From an uncultured Bacillales bacterium (GTDB taxonomy: Bacteria; Bacillota_I; Bacilli_A; RFN20; CAG-826): a stretch of 42,982 nt of DNA. The stretch spans positions 1 to 42,982 of the forward strand of contig CAMOYS010000003.1 of NCBI GenBank assembly GCA_946630435.1. Direction: 5' to 3'. The notes beneath the pieces were generated by a model. It ran no database searches. It was not told the origin of the DNA and was given only the letters and a program-made list of their open reading frames with translations. Position numbers and translations under genes: made by a program. Shown piece after piece: positions 26,018 through 35,213 of this stretch. Position 1 is the first letter of the stretch. Each line of letters starts with the position of its first letter.

Positions 26018-28171
26018 ATGTTTATTATTGACTTTAGAAATAAAAATATGAGTGAATATCGCTTTTCGGTAATAAACAATAGTAATGTTGATGTAGTTAA
26101 TCTATATTCTAACTTCGTTCAATATGCAACTAACACATCTATTTATCTAAAGATTAGAAGTGTTGATGATACTTATGTAGATAAAATTGCTATTGCAAGT
26201 GAAAATATTTCGATTGATGATGGTGCATTACTTTGTAAATGGCGAATGGGTGCGGTTTCCACTCATTGTAAGAAAATTGGCTTGCAATTACAATTTGAAC
26301 AAGAGGGCGACATTATCGCTCAAACTGGCATTGTATATTTAACGCTTGCCGACACTATTGATGTGGACGAATTAATACCTATTATCTATCCACAAATTTT
26401 AAAAGAATTACAAGAGCAAATTGACGCTCTTACAAATGATAGCGGTGCAAAAGTCACTCTCGGCTATTCAAATGATGTTTTTACTATTAACTTACTTAAT
26501 GTTAATAATGAAGTCATTGATACAAAGACAATCGCTATCCCAACTAACAAAGCGTTTGTTAATGTTGCGTTTGCTAATAGAGTTATCACATTTACCGCAA
26601 ATGATGGCTCAACAAAGCAAGTTGATTTAAGCGACATTTATACCAAAGAAGAAGTTAACAACTTGCTCGCTAATAAGGTTGATAAGGTTAGTCAAGCGAA
26701 TAAGGTTTATGCAACTGACGGAAATGGCGACCAAACCGCTTTACCAGTCGATGATTTATATAGTGGCAATATCGCTCGTAGGGACGCAAACAATCAAATT
26801 AATGTTCCAGCAACACCTACCGAAAACGGACACGCTACTTCTAAAAGTTATGTTGATAATTTAATCTCTGGAATTAAGATGGATAGTTACAAAGTTGTTG
26901 ATACAACAACATACCCAACCTTAAATGACTTTTTAGCGTCAACTGGCGAGGAGGGTTATTTATACCTCTATCCTATCGACACAAGCGACCTTACAAAAGG
27001 CTATTATCGTTATGTTTGGGAGGGTAATGCTTGGTTATCTTTAGGCACAACCGAAATTGATTTAAGTGGCTACTATACTAAAAACGCTTCTATTATCCCA
27101 ACCGATAACGGAACACTAGATATTGGTAGTTCTAGTCATAAGTTCAAAGACTTGTATCTAAATGGAACTGCATATATTAAAGATGGGTCGATTGGATATA
27201 ATTCGGCTTTAGGACTTGTATTTAACAAATCTTTAGCCCCAAATTTTATGACAAATCTTAGTTTGGGTAAGACAGCGTATCCGTGGTATAAATTATACTT
27301 AGAAGATAGTATTAACTTAAATGGAGGAACAATAAAATATAACACGAGCAAAACTTCGTTTGAGTTCTATGCCAATTTAACGGGAGGCCAGTCTTTTAGT
27401 TTAGGAGATAGTAGCACGCCTTGGAAAGACTTGTATTTAAACGACGCAATTTATGGTGGCTTTGCCAATGGTAAGATTAATTTCTATGTAGGGTCAACTT
27501 GTTGTTATTGTATGGAAAGTGAAGCATTTAGACCATATACAAATAATGCGTATGATTTAGGCACAAGTTCTTACACTTGGAAAGATTTGTATTTGAGTGG
27601 CAACATTGATATTAGCAATTCTAATAGTGGATATAACTATTATTTTAGAGTTGCATATAACGAGCTTTATATTGGCACAAAAGATAGTGGTGGAGCAAGA
27701 ACAGATAAATATAGATTTACTCTTACAGCGTTTGTCCCTAACGGAAATAATAATTTAGATTTAGGCAATTCATCGCTTAAATGGAAAGACGCTTATATTA
27801 ATGGGACTTTATATGGTTCGGTTTACAATTTTACGATTGATAGCGCCTATAAAATTATTTATAACCGCCAAAGAAATGATAATACCTTAACCGAGATAAC
27901 TTATGAATTTGTTAATATTTGTTCCAAGAGTGCGGATACAACCTTTACTTTTACAACGCCAAGAGTTGATACATTGCCAGAATACAAAGCCATTATCACG
28001 AACTCACACCAAACAAACGCAATTACCCTTACCTTTACTGGTGTAACTTCTATTTTATGTAACGACGATAATTGTGTAGTTAATGCGAACACTATTACAA
28101 TTCCAAGTGGTGTAACTATAGAAGTGAGTGTAATTAATGGCAAAATGGTCGCAATTAATTTTAATGCTTAG
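26018..28171 (+). CDS. Tail fibre / upper-baseplate (BppU-like N-terminus) protein with five LG.SS..WKDLYL repeats
   Basis: N-terminal baseplate-type domain, YTKEEV...L..KVDKV and HATSKSYVD fibre motifs, repeated modules. Confidence 0.75.
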   Translation: MFIIDFRNKNMSEYRFSVINNSNVDVVNLYSNFVQYATNTSIYLKIRSVDDTYVDKIAIASENISIDDGALLCKWRMGAVSTHCKKIGLQLQFEQEGDIIAQTGIVYLTLADTIDVDELIPIIYPQILKELQEQIDALTNDSGAKVTLGYSNDVFTINLLNVNNEVIDTKTIAIPTNKAFVNVAFANRVITFTANDGSTKQVDLSDIYTKEEVNNLLANKVDKVSQANKVYATDGNGDQTALPVDDLYSGNIARRDANNQINVPATPTENGHATSKSYVDNLISGIKMDSYKVVDTTTYPTLNDFLASTGEEGYLYLYPIDTSDLTKGYYRYVWEGNAWLSLGTTEIDLSGYYTKNASIIPTDNGTLDIGSSSHKFKDLYLNGTAYIKDGSIGYNSALGLVFNKSLAPNFMTNLSLGKTAYPWYKLYLEDSINLNGGTIKYNTSKTSFEFYANLTGGQSFSLGDSSTPWKDLYLNDAIYGGFANGKINFYVGSTCCYCMESEAFRPYTNNAYDLGTSSYTWKDLYLSGNIDISNSNSGYNYYFRVAYNELYIGTKDSGGARTDKYRFTLTAFVPNGNNNLDLGNSSLKWKDAYINGTLYGSVYNFTIDSAYKIIYNRQRNDNTLTEITYEFVNICSKSADTTFTFTTPRVDTLPEYKAIITNSHQTNAITLTFTGVTSILCNDDNCVVNANTITIPSGVTIEVSVINGKMVAINFNA

Positions 28172-28183
28172 GAGGTTTTTAAT

Positions 28184-30862
28184 ATGCGTAGAAACCTTTT
28201 ATTAAGTTATTTAGCAACTCAATTTAAGTGGTTGCCTTATAGTTACGAATATATTTACCATAATTTAGTCCCTAGCGAAATGCCTAGATTTAATATTTGG
28301 GACGAACACACAGAATTAGGTTCATATAGTTTTGAAACAGGAAATCCCGTTAGTTCATCTGTTAATTTAAGAAGTGATACAGATGAACCAATTAGAGTTA
28401 TTCCAAATACTGATTATTACATTAAGACACCAAACCAAGTTCATGTAATGCAATATAACAAAGATTTAAACTTCTTGGGTTATGTTTCAATCATTAATCA
28501 AACATTTAAAACACCCGCAAATTGTGTATTTATTAAATTTGTTATTGCTAGTGGTTACGGAACAACCTACAACCACGACATCTGTATCAACAAATCAAAC
28601 GCTCAATTAAACGGACATTATGCACCTTATAGCCCACGCAAAGTTTTAGATAAGTCAAGAATTTTGAAAATTAGTGGGAATAGTGAGGTTAGTAATCAAT
28701 TATTTAACGCTGATGTTAATGTTTTATGGGGTGGTGCGGTAACTAAAGTAGATAGTTTTACTTTAAAATTTAATAGTTCGTTTACTAATAGTTCTGGCTC
28801 TACTTATTTTATTTATTTAAACACACCTATTCGTGTTGCAAGTAGTCATAAAGTTTTAGTTTCAGTTGAAACAAATTTAACAAGCGATAGTAACTTTAGA
28901 TTTGCTGATAGCGGTATTTTTACTTATGGCGCAAACTTACCAGAATTTAATAAATCAAAGATAGTTGTGGCTTCACAAGAAATTGATAGTTATATATCTT
29001 TAAGAGTTCCAGACGGATATACAATTCCTAGTGGAAGTTATTTTAAAGTAAATGTAAGTGACCTTACCCAAGACTACCCTTTCAACACCCCAACTTCAAT
29101 TACCGACCCAAGAGTTCAAAACATAATCGCACAAGGCTATCTTCCCAAAAACGATGGCGAAATTAAGAATAGTGTGATTAGCGAAGTTGAGAGTAGAGGG
29201 TTTAATATTTGGGACGAGGAATGGGAAAGTGGCTATTTTGACCCAACTACTGGTCAGCCTACAGCCAATAACTCTATTATTCGAACGAAAAACAATATTA
29301 GCGTTTTACCTAACACAACATATTATTGCAAATCTAGTCACGATACTTGGTGTTTCTTTTATGACGAAAATGGCAATTTGATTACTGGTGTTGGCACTGG
29401 CTCATATCCAAATATTATAAATATTGCAAACACTACTTTTACCACACCTAATAATTGCAAAACTATTAAATTCTATTGTATTGTTGGTGCTTATCAAAAC
29501 GACATTTGCATAAATCGTTCTTCTTCACTAAACGGAATTTATAAACCACATATTCCAAACGATAAAATTCAATTACCAGCACCTCTCGAATTAGGTGGCG
29601 TGAATACAGCGGAAAACACTTTTGAAGTGACTGATGAAGCGTATGTGTTTACGAGAAATGTGTTTGAAGTTAGTTTAAAAGACCTATCCTATACATTATC
29701 TTCTGTTACACCAAACGCTTTCTATAGTAGTGGAATTTCAAATTATAAAGGCTCTGCTAGTGTTGAGGGCTTAGGCTCTAAATATGAATATATAGGAACG
29801 ACAAATGATGGAACAAAGGGGCTAGCAAGTTACGGAAATGTATGTGCGCTTTACTATAATTCTAGTTCTCCAAGCACAAGAGAGTTTTATGTTAAAGATA
29901 CAAGTTGTGCTGATGTAACCGCCTTAATGACTAAATTGCAACAAAACAACGCAACCTTTACCTACCAACTCGCTACACCACAAGTCATTTCAATTCCAAG
30001 AAAGCATTTAGGTTGGGTTAAATTGAAAGATTTGAGTTGGGAATTATATGCGACTAATGTATTCGTTGCTAAAATTTCAAGTGCTAGTGATAACAATTTA
30101 TGTTTCACTCATAAATACTTATATAGTCCAGCGACAACCACTCAAGAAACAGCAAACAAATCTTTGAGAATTAGTAAAGACGGAACAAAATATGTAATTG
30201 TTAAAGACACCTCTTATTCAACTACAACCGACCTTATTAATTCCTTTACCGACACCGACATTTTATTCTACGAAACCCAAAACGAAACAACTGATTTTGT
30301 AAATGAAGAAGTTGTGGAAAGCGGTGGAGAAGTGAATGGAAATTTATTTAGTTGGAATAAAAACCAATTAGTGGCGAATAGTGTTATTAAAACATATTCT
30401 AATTACACACCAACCCGATATGATGGAACAAAAGGCTTTAGTAATATTGTAGATAATGCATATTCTGATTTAGTTGTTGGACACAAAGTTTTAGTTATTG
30501 CTAAAATTAGTAATTTACCTGCTAACCTTGATAATGTTTCTTTTTTAATAGGAACGGAAGATGTTAAATTAGATAGTTCTACACCAGCCAAAGCGCAAAT
30601 CGTTGAAGTTCCAAATAATACATATAAGTTTATTAGAGTTTATACAACTACACTAGACCAATTCTCAATTACAATAGACAATTATGAAATTATCGACCTC
30701 ACAATCGGCTTCGGTGCTGGAAAAGAGCCAACATCTATCGACGATTATCGTATTCAAAAAATCATTGAATTAGGATATATTCCACAAGATTTAGTAGGAA
30801 CGCATACACAAGTGAATTGCGAAGTGTTGCCGAATGTGGAGATGTTATTGAAATGCAAGTAA
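28184..30862 (+). CDS. Large modular virion/receptor-binding protein (892 aa) with duplicated beta-rich domains
   Basis: Internal repeats FNIWDE...PNT.YY.K...DICIN.S (x2), NQL...HKVLV...DLT...PTSI.D.R.Q (x2), LKDLS...VKDTS (x2). Confidence 0.65.
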   Translation: MRRNLLLSYLATQFKWLPYSYEYIYHNLVPSEMPRFNIWDEHTELGSYSFETGNPVSSSVNLRSDTDEPIRVIPNTDYYIKTPNQVHVMQYNKDLNFLGYVSIINQTFKTPANCVFIKFVIASGYGTTYNHDICINKSNAQLNGHYAPYSPRKVLDKSRILKISGNSEVSNQLFNADVNVLWGGAVTKVDSFTLKFNSSFTNSSGSTYFIYLNTPIRVASSHKVLVSVETNLTSDSNFRFADSGIFTYGANLPEFNKSKIVVASQEIDSYISLRVPDGYTIPSGSYFKVNVSDLTQDYPFNTPTSITDPRVQNIIAQGYLPKNDGEIKNSVISEVESRGFNIWDEEWESGYFDPTTGQPTANNSIIRTKNNISVLPNTTYYCKSSHDTWCFFYDENGNLITGVGTGSYPNIINIANTTFTTPNNCKTIKFYCIVGAYQNDICINRSSSLNGIYKPHIPNDKIQLPAPLELGGVNTAENTFEVTDEAYVFTRNVFEVSLKDLSYTLSSVTPNAFYSSGISNYKGSASVEGLGSKYEYIGTTNDGTKGLASYGNVCALYYNSSSPSTREFYVKDTSCADVTALMTKLQQNNATFTYQLATPQVISIPRKHLGWVKLKDLSWELYATNVFVAKISSASDNNLCFTHKYLYSPATTTQETANKSLRISKDGTKYVIVKDTSYSTTTDLINSFTDTDILFYETQNETTDFVNEEVVESGGEVNGNLFSWNKNQLVANSVIKTYSNYTPTRYDGTKGFSNIVDNAYSDLVVGHKVLVIAKISNLPANLDNVSFLIGTEDVKLDSSTPAKAQIVEVPNNTYKFIRVYTTTLDQFSITIDNYEIIDLTIGFGAGKEPTSIDDYRIQKIIELGYIPQDLVGTHTQVNCEVLPNVEMLLKCK

Positions 30863-31461
30863 GAGATTTGTTTTATAATTGTGCCTATACTATCCAATAC
30901 GAAACAATAGGCGAAGATGTCAATTACGCTTTTGTTGAAAATGGCGATGAATTACAAATTTATTTCCAAGCCAGCAATAGTTTTCTTGACTGGATATTTA
31001 ATTTCTTGTTTCCTAAAAAGATGTATGGCTTATTCAAGGTTCATCGTGGCTTTTTAAGATGTTACTTGCAAGTTAGGAACATTATATTAGATAAAGTCTA
31101 TAACAATAATTATAAGAATATTATAGTTATCGGTTATTCACACGGCTCGGCAATTTGTCAACTCGCCCACCAAGACCTCGTTTATCACTTTCCTAGTATG
31201 AATATCCAGTCGTATGCGTTTGAAAGCCCTAGATGTCTAAAAGTGCCGAAAAAACTAAGGTTTTACTGGAACACAATGACAAGAATAGTCGATGGAACAG
31301 ATTTAATTACTCATTTGCCACCAAAACTATTCGGCTTTGATGATTTAGGAAAGCAACTCAATATTCTAGGCGACACAAAACTGGTCGATAAGAAAATTCC
31401 TAAATGTATTAAATACCATTATCCACAAGTTGTTCTTGATGGTTTAGAAAAATTAGGTTAA
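30853..31461 (+). CDS. Class-3 lipase-like alpha/beta hydrolase, last late gene
   Basis: DW..NF, VHRGF, I.V.GYSHGSA nucleophile elbow, FESPR, DLITHLPP, late H (KYHY); ATG 30853 after GGAG RBS. Confidence 0.88.
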   Translation: MQVRDLFYNCAYTIQYETIGEDVNYAFVENGDELQIYFQASNSFLDWIFNFLFPKKMYGLFKVHRGFLRCYLQVRNIILDKVYNNNYKNIIVIGYSHGSAICQLAHQDLVYHFPSMNIQSYAFESPRCLKVPKKLRFYWNTMTRIVDGTDLITHLPPKLFGFDDLGKQLNILGDTKLVDKKIPKCIKYHYPQVVLDGLEKLG

Positions 31462-31507
31462 TATAATAATTGAAATTTGAATTTTGTTTCATTTTTCGCT
31501 TTCTTTT

Positions 31508-31546
31508 AAGGGATACCTTGTTCGCTTGGGTATCCCTTTTCTTTTT
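31508..31546 (+). terminator. Intrinsic terminator ending the late operon
   Basis: AAGGGATACC-loop-GGTATCCCTT followed by TTCTTTTT. Confidence 0.85.
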
Positions 31547-31746
31547 GGTTAAGTGTTTAAATTTGGCGTTTTTAAACACATAAGGCTAAAATATCGCCCT
31601 TAAATTTATAATTAGCGTATAAAATATACAGATAAATAAAAAAAGAGCGTCAGTTGTGACCTCTTTTCAAACCTTATCGGTTTATGTTCAAACTTATCTT
31701 ACAACACCTATTCTTAAATGCAACATTTATTCCATTTTTCTTCCAA

Positions 31747-31951
31747 TGGACTAAAATGTAAAAAGAAAACCCTATATATAATATAGGGTTAGTAGTCATT
31801 GGTTGCGGAGAGAGGTTTTGAATTTTCTAGCCTTTATTATTAATAATAATCTTCTATATTATGATTTTAGCACGATTTTTGCTTAATACATAGTATTATT
31901 TGTTATTTTTATTTCGTGAGTTTTCGCTGTGGACTAAAAAATGGACTAAAA
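31747..31951. other. attP: tRNA-3'-end-like core (31800-31822) flanked by TGGACTAAAA arm repeats
   Basis: Minus strand reads TTCAAAA-CCTCT-CTCCGCA-A-CCA (T-loop, T-stem, acceptor strand, CCA); TGGACTAAAA at 31747, 31930 and 31942; adjacent to the integrase stop. Confidence 0.85.
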
Positions 31952-33004
31952 GAATTTTGCCTCTAAACTCTTATCCAAATGTGAACAATAGGTGTTCATA
32001 AAAATTGTTGGAGAGTGTCCCATCACTTTAGCGCAATAAACCACATCGCTAATCGTTTCGCACTTTCGAGCCAACTGATAGCAACGAGTGTGCCTAAATT
32101 CGTGAGCGGTGTAGTCGTCTATCTTGGCTTTGTTTTCGTAATAAGCGAGTTTTCTTTTAAATGTTGAGTGGGATATATCAAACAGCCTATTATCTTTAAG
32201 TTTCTTCACATATTGCTCTAGTTCATCAACAAAGTTTGCGCTAATAGGGACTTGCCTATAACTATTATTAGTCTTTAATTTGTTACTTAATTTACCAGTT
32301 ACTAATAATTGTCTTTTAACAATGACTTTTCCGTTCTTAATGCAATCACTACATAGACCTAACAATTCGCTCACTCTAAGACCGCAATTTACTAGCAAGC
32401 CGAACAAAATATAGTCCGCCTTACTTTTGTGGCTTATTTTGTCTAAAAAGTGGTCTAAATCGCATTGTGGTATTATTCTACGCTCTTGCTTTACCGCTTT
32501 CGTGTATTTTATAGGCTGAAAAACAATGTTTGTTTCTTCAAACATTTCTTTTGTGATGTGGTGGTGGATATAACAATAATTAGCAATTTGTAAGAAAGTA
32601 TAAACGACATCGTGTTTCTTGCGCTCGTTAAGGCTGTCATTTTCTTTAATGCTTAAATATAAATTCGATAGATAACTAGGAATGAAAATATCATTTAGAG
32701 ATAAGTATTTTAGAATAGGCAACCAATATGTGTTGAGTTGTGTTCGCTCTCTATCGGCTGTTCTAGGGGACTTTCCGTTTTTCACATATTCAATATAGGT
32801 TTCTGCAATATTTTGGAAGAAAACTATATTTTTGTTCGTTCCCAAGTGTTCACTTTTCCACTTTTCTATAGAACTATCGTAAAGAACTTTCGCCTCGCCA
32901 AGCGTTTTAAAGCCTCGAATTTTGCAAGTTTTCCACTCGTTATTTACTTTAACTTTAGTAGATATATACCAAGTTTTAGTTTTAGTATCTTGATAAATAT
33001 TCAT
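31946..33004 (-). CDS. int: Tyrosine integrase
   Basis: GLRVSELLGL, KT..SYR.VP, HEFRHT, MGHS, catalytic Y; N-terminal RGFKT..EA arm-binding domain. Confidence 0.95.
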   Translation of the reverse strand: MNIYQDTKTKTWYISTKVKVNNEWKTCKIRGFKTLGEAKVLYDSSIEKWKSEHLGTNKNIVFFQNIAETYIEYVKNGKSPRTADRERTQLNTYWLPILKYLSLNDIFIPSYLSNLYLSIKENDSLNERKKHDVVYTFLQIANYCYIHHHITKEMFEETNIVFQPIKYTKAVKQERRIIPQCDLDHFLDKISHKSKADYILFGLLVNCGLRVSELLGLCSDCIKNGKVIVKRQLLVTGKLSNKLKTNNSYRQVPISANFVDELEQYVKKLKDNRLFDISHSTFKRKLAYYENKAKIDDYTAHEFRHTRCYQLARKCETISDVVYCAKVMGHSPTIFMNTYCSHLDKSLEAKFF

Positions 33005-33360
33005 TTAGCCACCGCCTTTATAATTCCTAAAATAGTTTTTAAATTATCTAAATCTTGATAAGAAATGATTTCGGTTATTTCGTTAATTATGGCTCTTTTC
33101 ATTTCGGTTTCCTTATCATTAACTAGAGAGTTTTGTGGACTTATTATAGGAATATAAATGTCATTGCTTAAACCTAATAAATAAGATGGGTTAGTTTTTA
33201 AAACTTCGGCAAGCCTATAAATTTGACTTTGTTTAGGTATTCTTTCCCCTTTCAAATACAAACAAATGCTTGACCTAGATATACCAGTTTTGGTGGCTAA
33301 TTGCTTTCCGTTAATGCCCCTTAATTCCATCAACATTGATAGTTTTTGTGGAAAATTCAT
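33001..33360 (-). CDS. CI-like XRE-family repressor (no peptidase domain)
   Basis: LA.KTGISRSSI..Y.KG.R.P......LA..L...P.YLLG; divergent from the cro-like gene. Confidence 0.88.
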   Translation of the reverse strand: MNFPQKLSMLMELRGINGKQLATKTGISRSSICLYLKGERIPKQSQIYRLAEVLKTNPSYLLGLSNDIYIPIISPQNSLVNDKETEMKRAIINEITEIISYQDLDNLKTILGIIKAVAK

Positions 33361-33379
33361 TTTGATACCTCCTAACTTT

Positions 33380-33453
33380 ATAATAAATAAAAATTACTTT
33401 TTTGTAAACTTGTGGTTTATTTTTGTTGCATTGATGATGTGGTATGTTACAAT
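33380..33453. promoter_or_regulatory. Divergent lysis/lysogeny promoters
   Basis: Minus: TTTACA-17-TATTAT (33408-33380). Plus: TTGCAT-16-TACAAT with extended TG (33426-33453). Confidence 0.65.
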
Positions 33454-33483
33454 AAAATAGCGATTTACAAATGAGGACACACA

Positions 33484-33681
33484 ATGCAAACATTAAAAGA
33501 TTTGATAAAAGACAAGTATGGGACAATTAGTGAATACTCAAAATTATTAAATATTAGTAGAGTATCTTTATCTTATAAAATAAACAATCAAGTCCCTTTT
33601 ACTATTAAAGAAGTCAAACAAATTAAAAACGATTTGAAATTAACAAACAAACAAGTGGTTGATTTTTTTATCGACAAATGA
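33484..33681 (+). CDS. Cro-like HTH protein
   Basis: 65 aa; L.ISR.SLS.KIN....F...E...I...L.L......FF. Confidence 0.85.
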   Translation: MQTLKDLIKDKYGTISEYSKLLNISRVSLSYKINNQVPFTIKEVKQIKNDLKLTNKQVVDFFIDK

Positions 33682-33704
33682 TTGACATTTGAGGACACAA
33701 AGAA

Positions 33705-33878
33705 ATGACTAAAGCAAACGATATTGAGAATTTATGTATCAAACACAAGGTTTCTCTTAACCGAGTTTTAGACCATTTCAACTTACATCGTATGTTATCG
33801 CACGAAGAACTAAACGAGTGGCTTATGCAAGGGGACAACTATGAAAGAACTAAACGATACATTGAAACTCTTAATTAA
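33705..33878 (+). CDS. Small hypothetical protein (57 aa)
   Basis: Translated by hand: MTKANDIENLCIKHKVSL...; GAGG RBS. Confidence 0.6.
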   Translation: MTKANDIENLCIKHKVSLNRVLDHFNLHRMLSHEELNEWLMQGDNYERTKRYIETLN

Positions 33879-34089
33879 GCCGAACTGGAACTACAAAGAA
33901 ATTAAATCTTATTTCGGTGTTGGCACTACCAAGTCATACGAACTTATTGCAGAGGCAAGAAAGAGAGGTGGAGGAATTAAAGATATGCCTAATTGCGTTA
34001 AGCGAGATGTCTTATTGGCAATGTTTGGAACAACAGCCGAAAGAGAAGTTAGTTTACTAAATCACATAAAAAAGGAGGAAAAAGTATGA
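33841..34089 (+). CDS. Excisionase-like HTH protein
   Basis: KEIKSYFGVGTTKSYELI helix-turn-helix; position after cro. Confidence 0.6.
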   Translation: MKELNDTLKLLIKPNWNYKEIKSYFGVGTTKSYELIAEARKRGGGIKDMPNCVKRDVLLAMFGTTAEREVSLLNHIKKEEKV

Positions 34090-34778
34090 AGAAAAATTAT
34101 GTGAAAGAACGCTATACCGAATTTGCCGAATGGTATAGAAATCGAGGAATTGGAGGGTCAAGCGTAAGTGCGTTGTTTGATGAAAACAAATACTTATCCG
34201 CTATCGACATTTACCTTGCCTCATTATTCCCAAATCAAGAGCCAGTCGAAACGGAAAACGAGAACACACGCTATGGCAAAGTAGCCGAGCCGATTATCCG
34301 TGACATTGTGAAACTCAATTTTGAGGGCAAATACAAAGTCCATACACCAAAAGGATATGAACTCTATAGGGATATTAACTATCCATTTCTAACCGCCACT
34401 TTAGATGGAACAATGACCGATTTAGAAACTAAAGAAAAGTGGGTTTTAGAAATCAAGACAAGAGAGATGTTAAACGCAAGTGACGAGGAGGAATGGAACG
34501 GACATATACCGCAAAGATACTTTATTCAAGTCCTACATTACTTGGGTGTTTTAAACGATTTTGTCGGTGCTTATTTAGTCGCTAAATTGCGTTGGGTGGA
34601 CTTCGATACTGGCTTAGTCAAACGAGAGGAAATTCGCTACTACAAATTGCTAAGAAAAGACTTTGAGCAAGACATCGAACTTGTAAGACAAAAAGCCATC
34701 GACTTTGAACTCAATAACATCGAGGCAAAGTGTCCGCCAGACATCAACATAGGAATTTTAAGAAAGGAGGAAAACTAA
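34086..34778 (+). CDS. YqaJ-family (lambda Exo-like) exonuclease
   Basis: W...R..GIGGS, G...E, ATLDG, LEIKT, IP..Y..QV.HY. Confidence 0.92.
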   Translation: MKKNYVKERYTEFAEWYRNRGIGGSSVSALFDENKYLSAIDIYLASLFPNQEPVETENENTRYGKVAEPIIRDIVKLNFEGKYKVHTPKGYELYRDINYPFLTATLDGTMTDLETKEKWVLEIKTREMLNASDEEEWNGHIPQRYFIQVLHYLGVLNDFVGAYLVAKLRWVDFDTGLVKREEIRYYKLLRKDFEQDIELVRQKAIDFELNNIEAKCPPDINIGILRKEEN

Positions 34779-34779
34779 T

Positions 34780-35211
34780 ATGGCGAAAGAGTTGAAATGG
34801 AACGCTCAAAAAGGGCAATACGAACTTGCAAACTTTACATCGACCGAACAAGCCAAGCAATACATAGATAGCATTGCTAAAACTGATTTAGAAATTCTAA
34901 ACGATGAAGATTACCGCATTGTCTATCAAAGCCGAACAAAAGTAAATACCGAGCAACGAGATGTTGCAACCGCTAGAAAGCAAGCAACCGCAATTATTCT
35001 TTCACTTTTCGAGCCAACGCTTAAAGAAATCGAACAATATTGCATTTCAAAATCGAATGAATTAACCGCCAAACTTAACGCTTATAAACCACCAAAAGAG
35101 CGTGAAAAGAAGTCGTTTAAGTTAGAGGCAACATTTGATAACCCAAAAGCACTTGAAAAGGTTAAAGCGTATGCAATCAAGTATGGCGCAACTATCAAGG
35201 AGGTCAAATAA
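34780..35211 (+). CDS. Helical recombination-module protein (DUF1351/Gam-like position)
   Basis: Coiled coil between exonuclease and annealing protein. Confidence 0.5.
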   Translation: MAKELKWNAQKGQYELANFTSTEQAKQYIDSIAKTDLEILNDEDYRIVYQSRTKVNTEQRDVATARKQATAIILSLFEPTLKEIEQYCISKSNELTAKLNAYKPPKEREKKSFKLEATFDNPKALEKVKAYAIKYGATIKEVK

Positions 35212-35213
35212 CT

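Noticed and set aside
26018-30862. Diversity-generating retroelement target
   Set aside because: No reverse transcriptase and no near-identical TR/VR pair differing at adenines; repeats are diverged protein-level modules.
31800-31822. tRNA gene
   Set aside because: Only the T-arm 3' half, acceptor strand and CCA are present; no D or anticodon arm. It is an att core.
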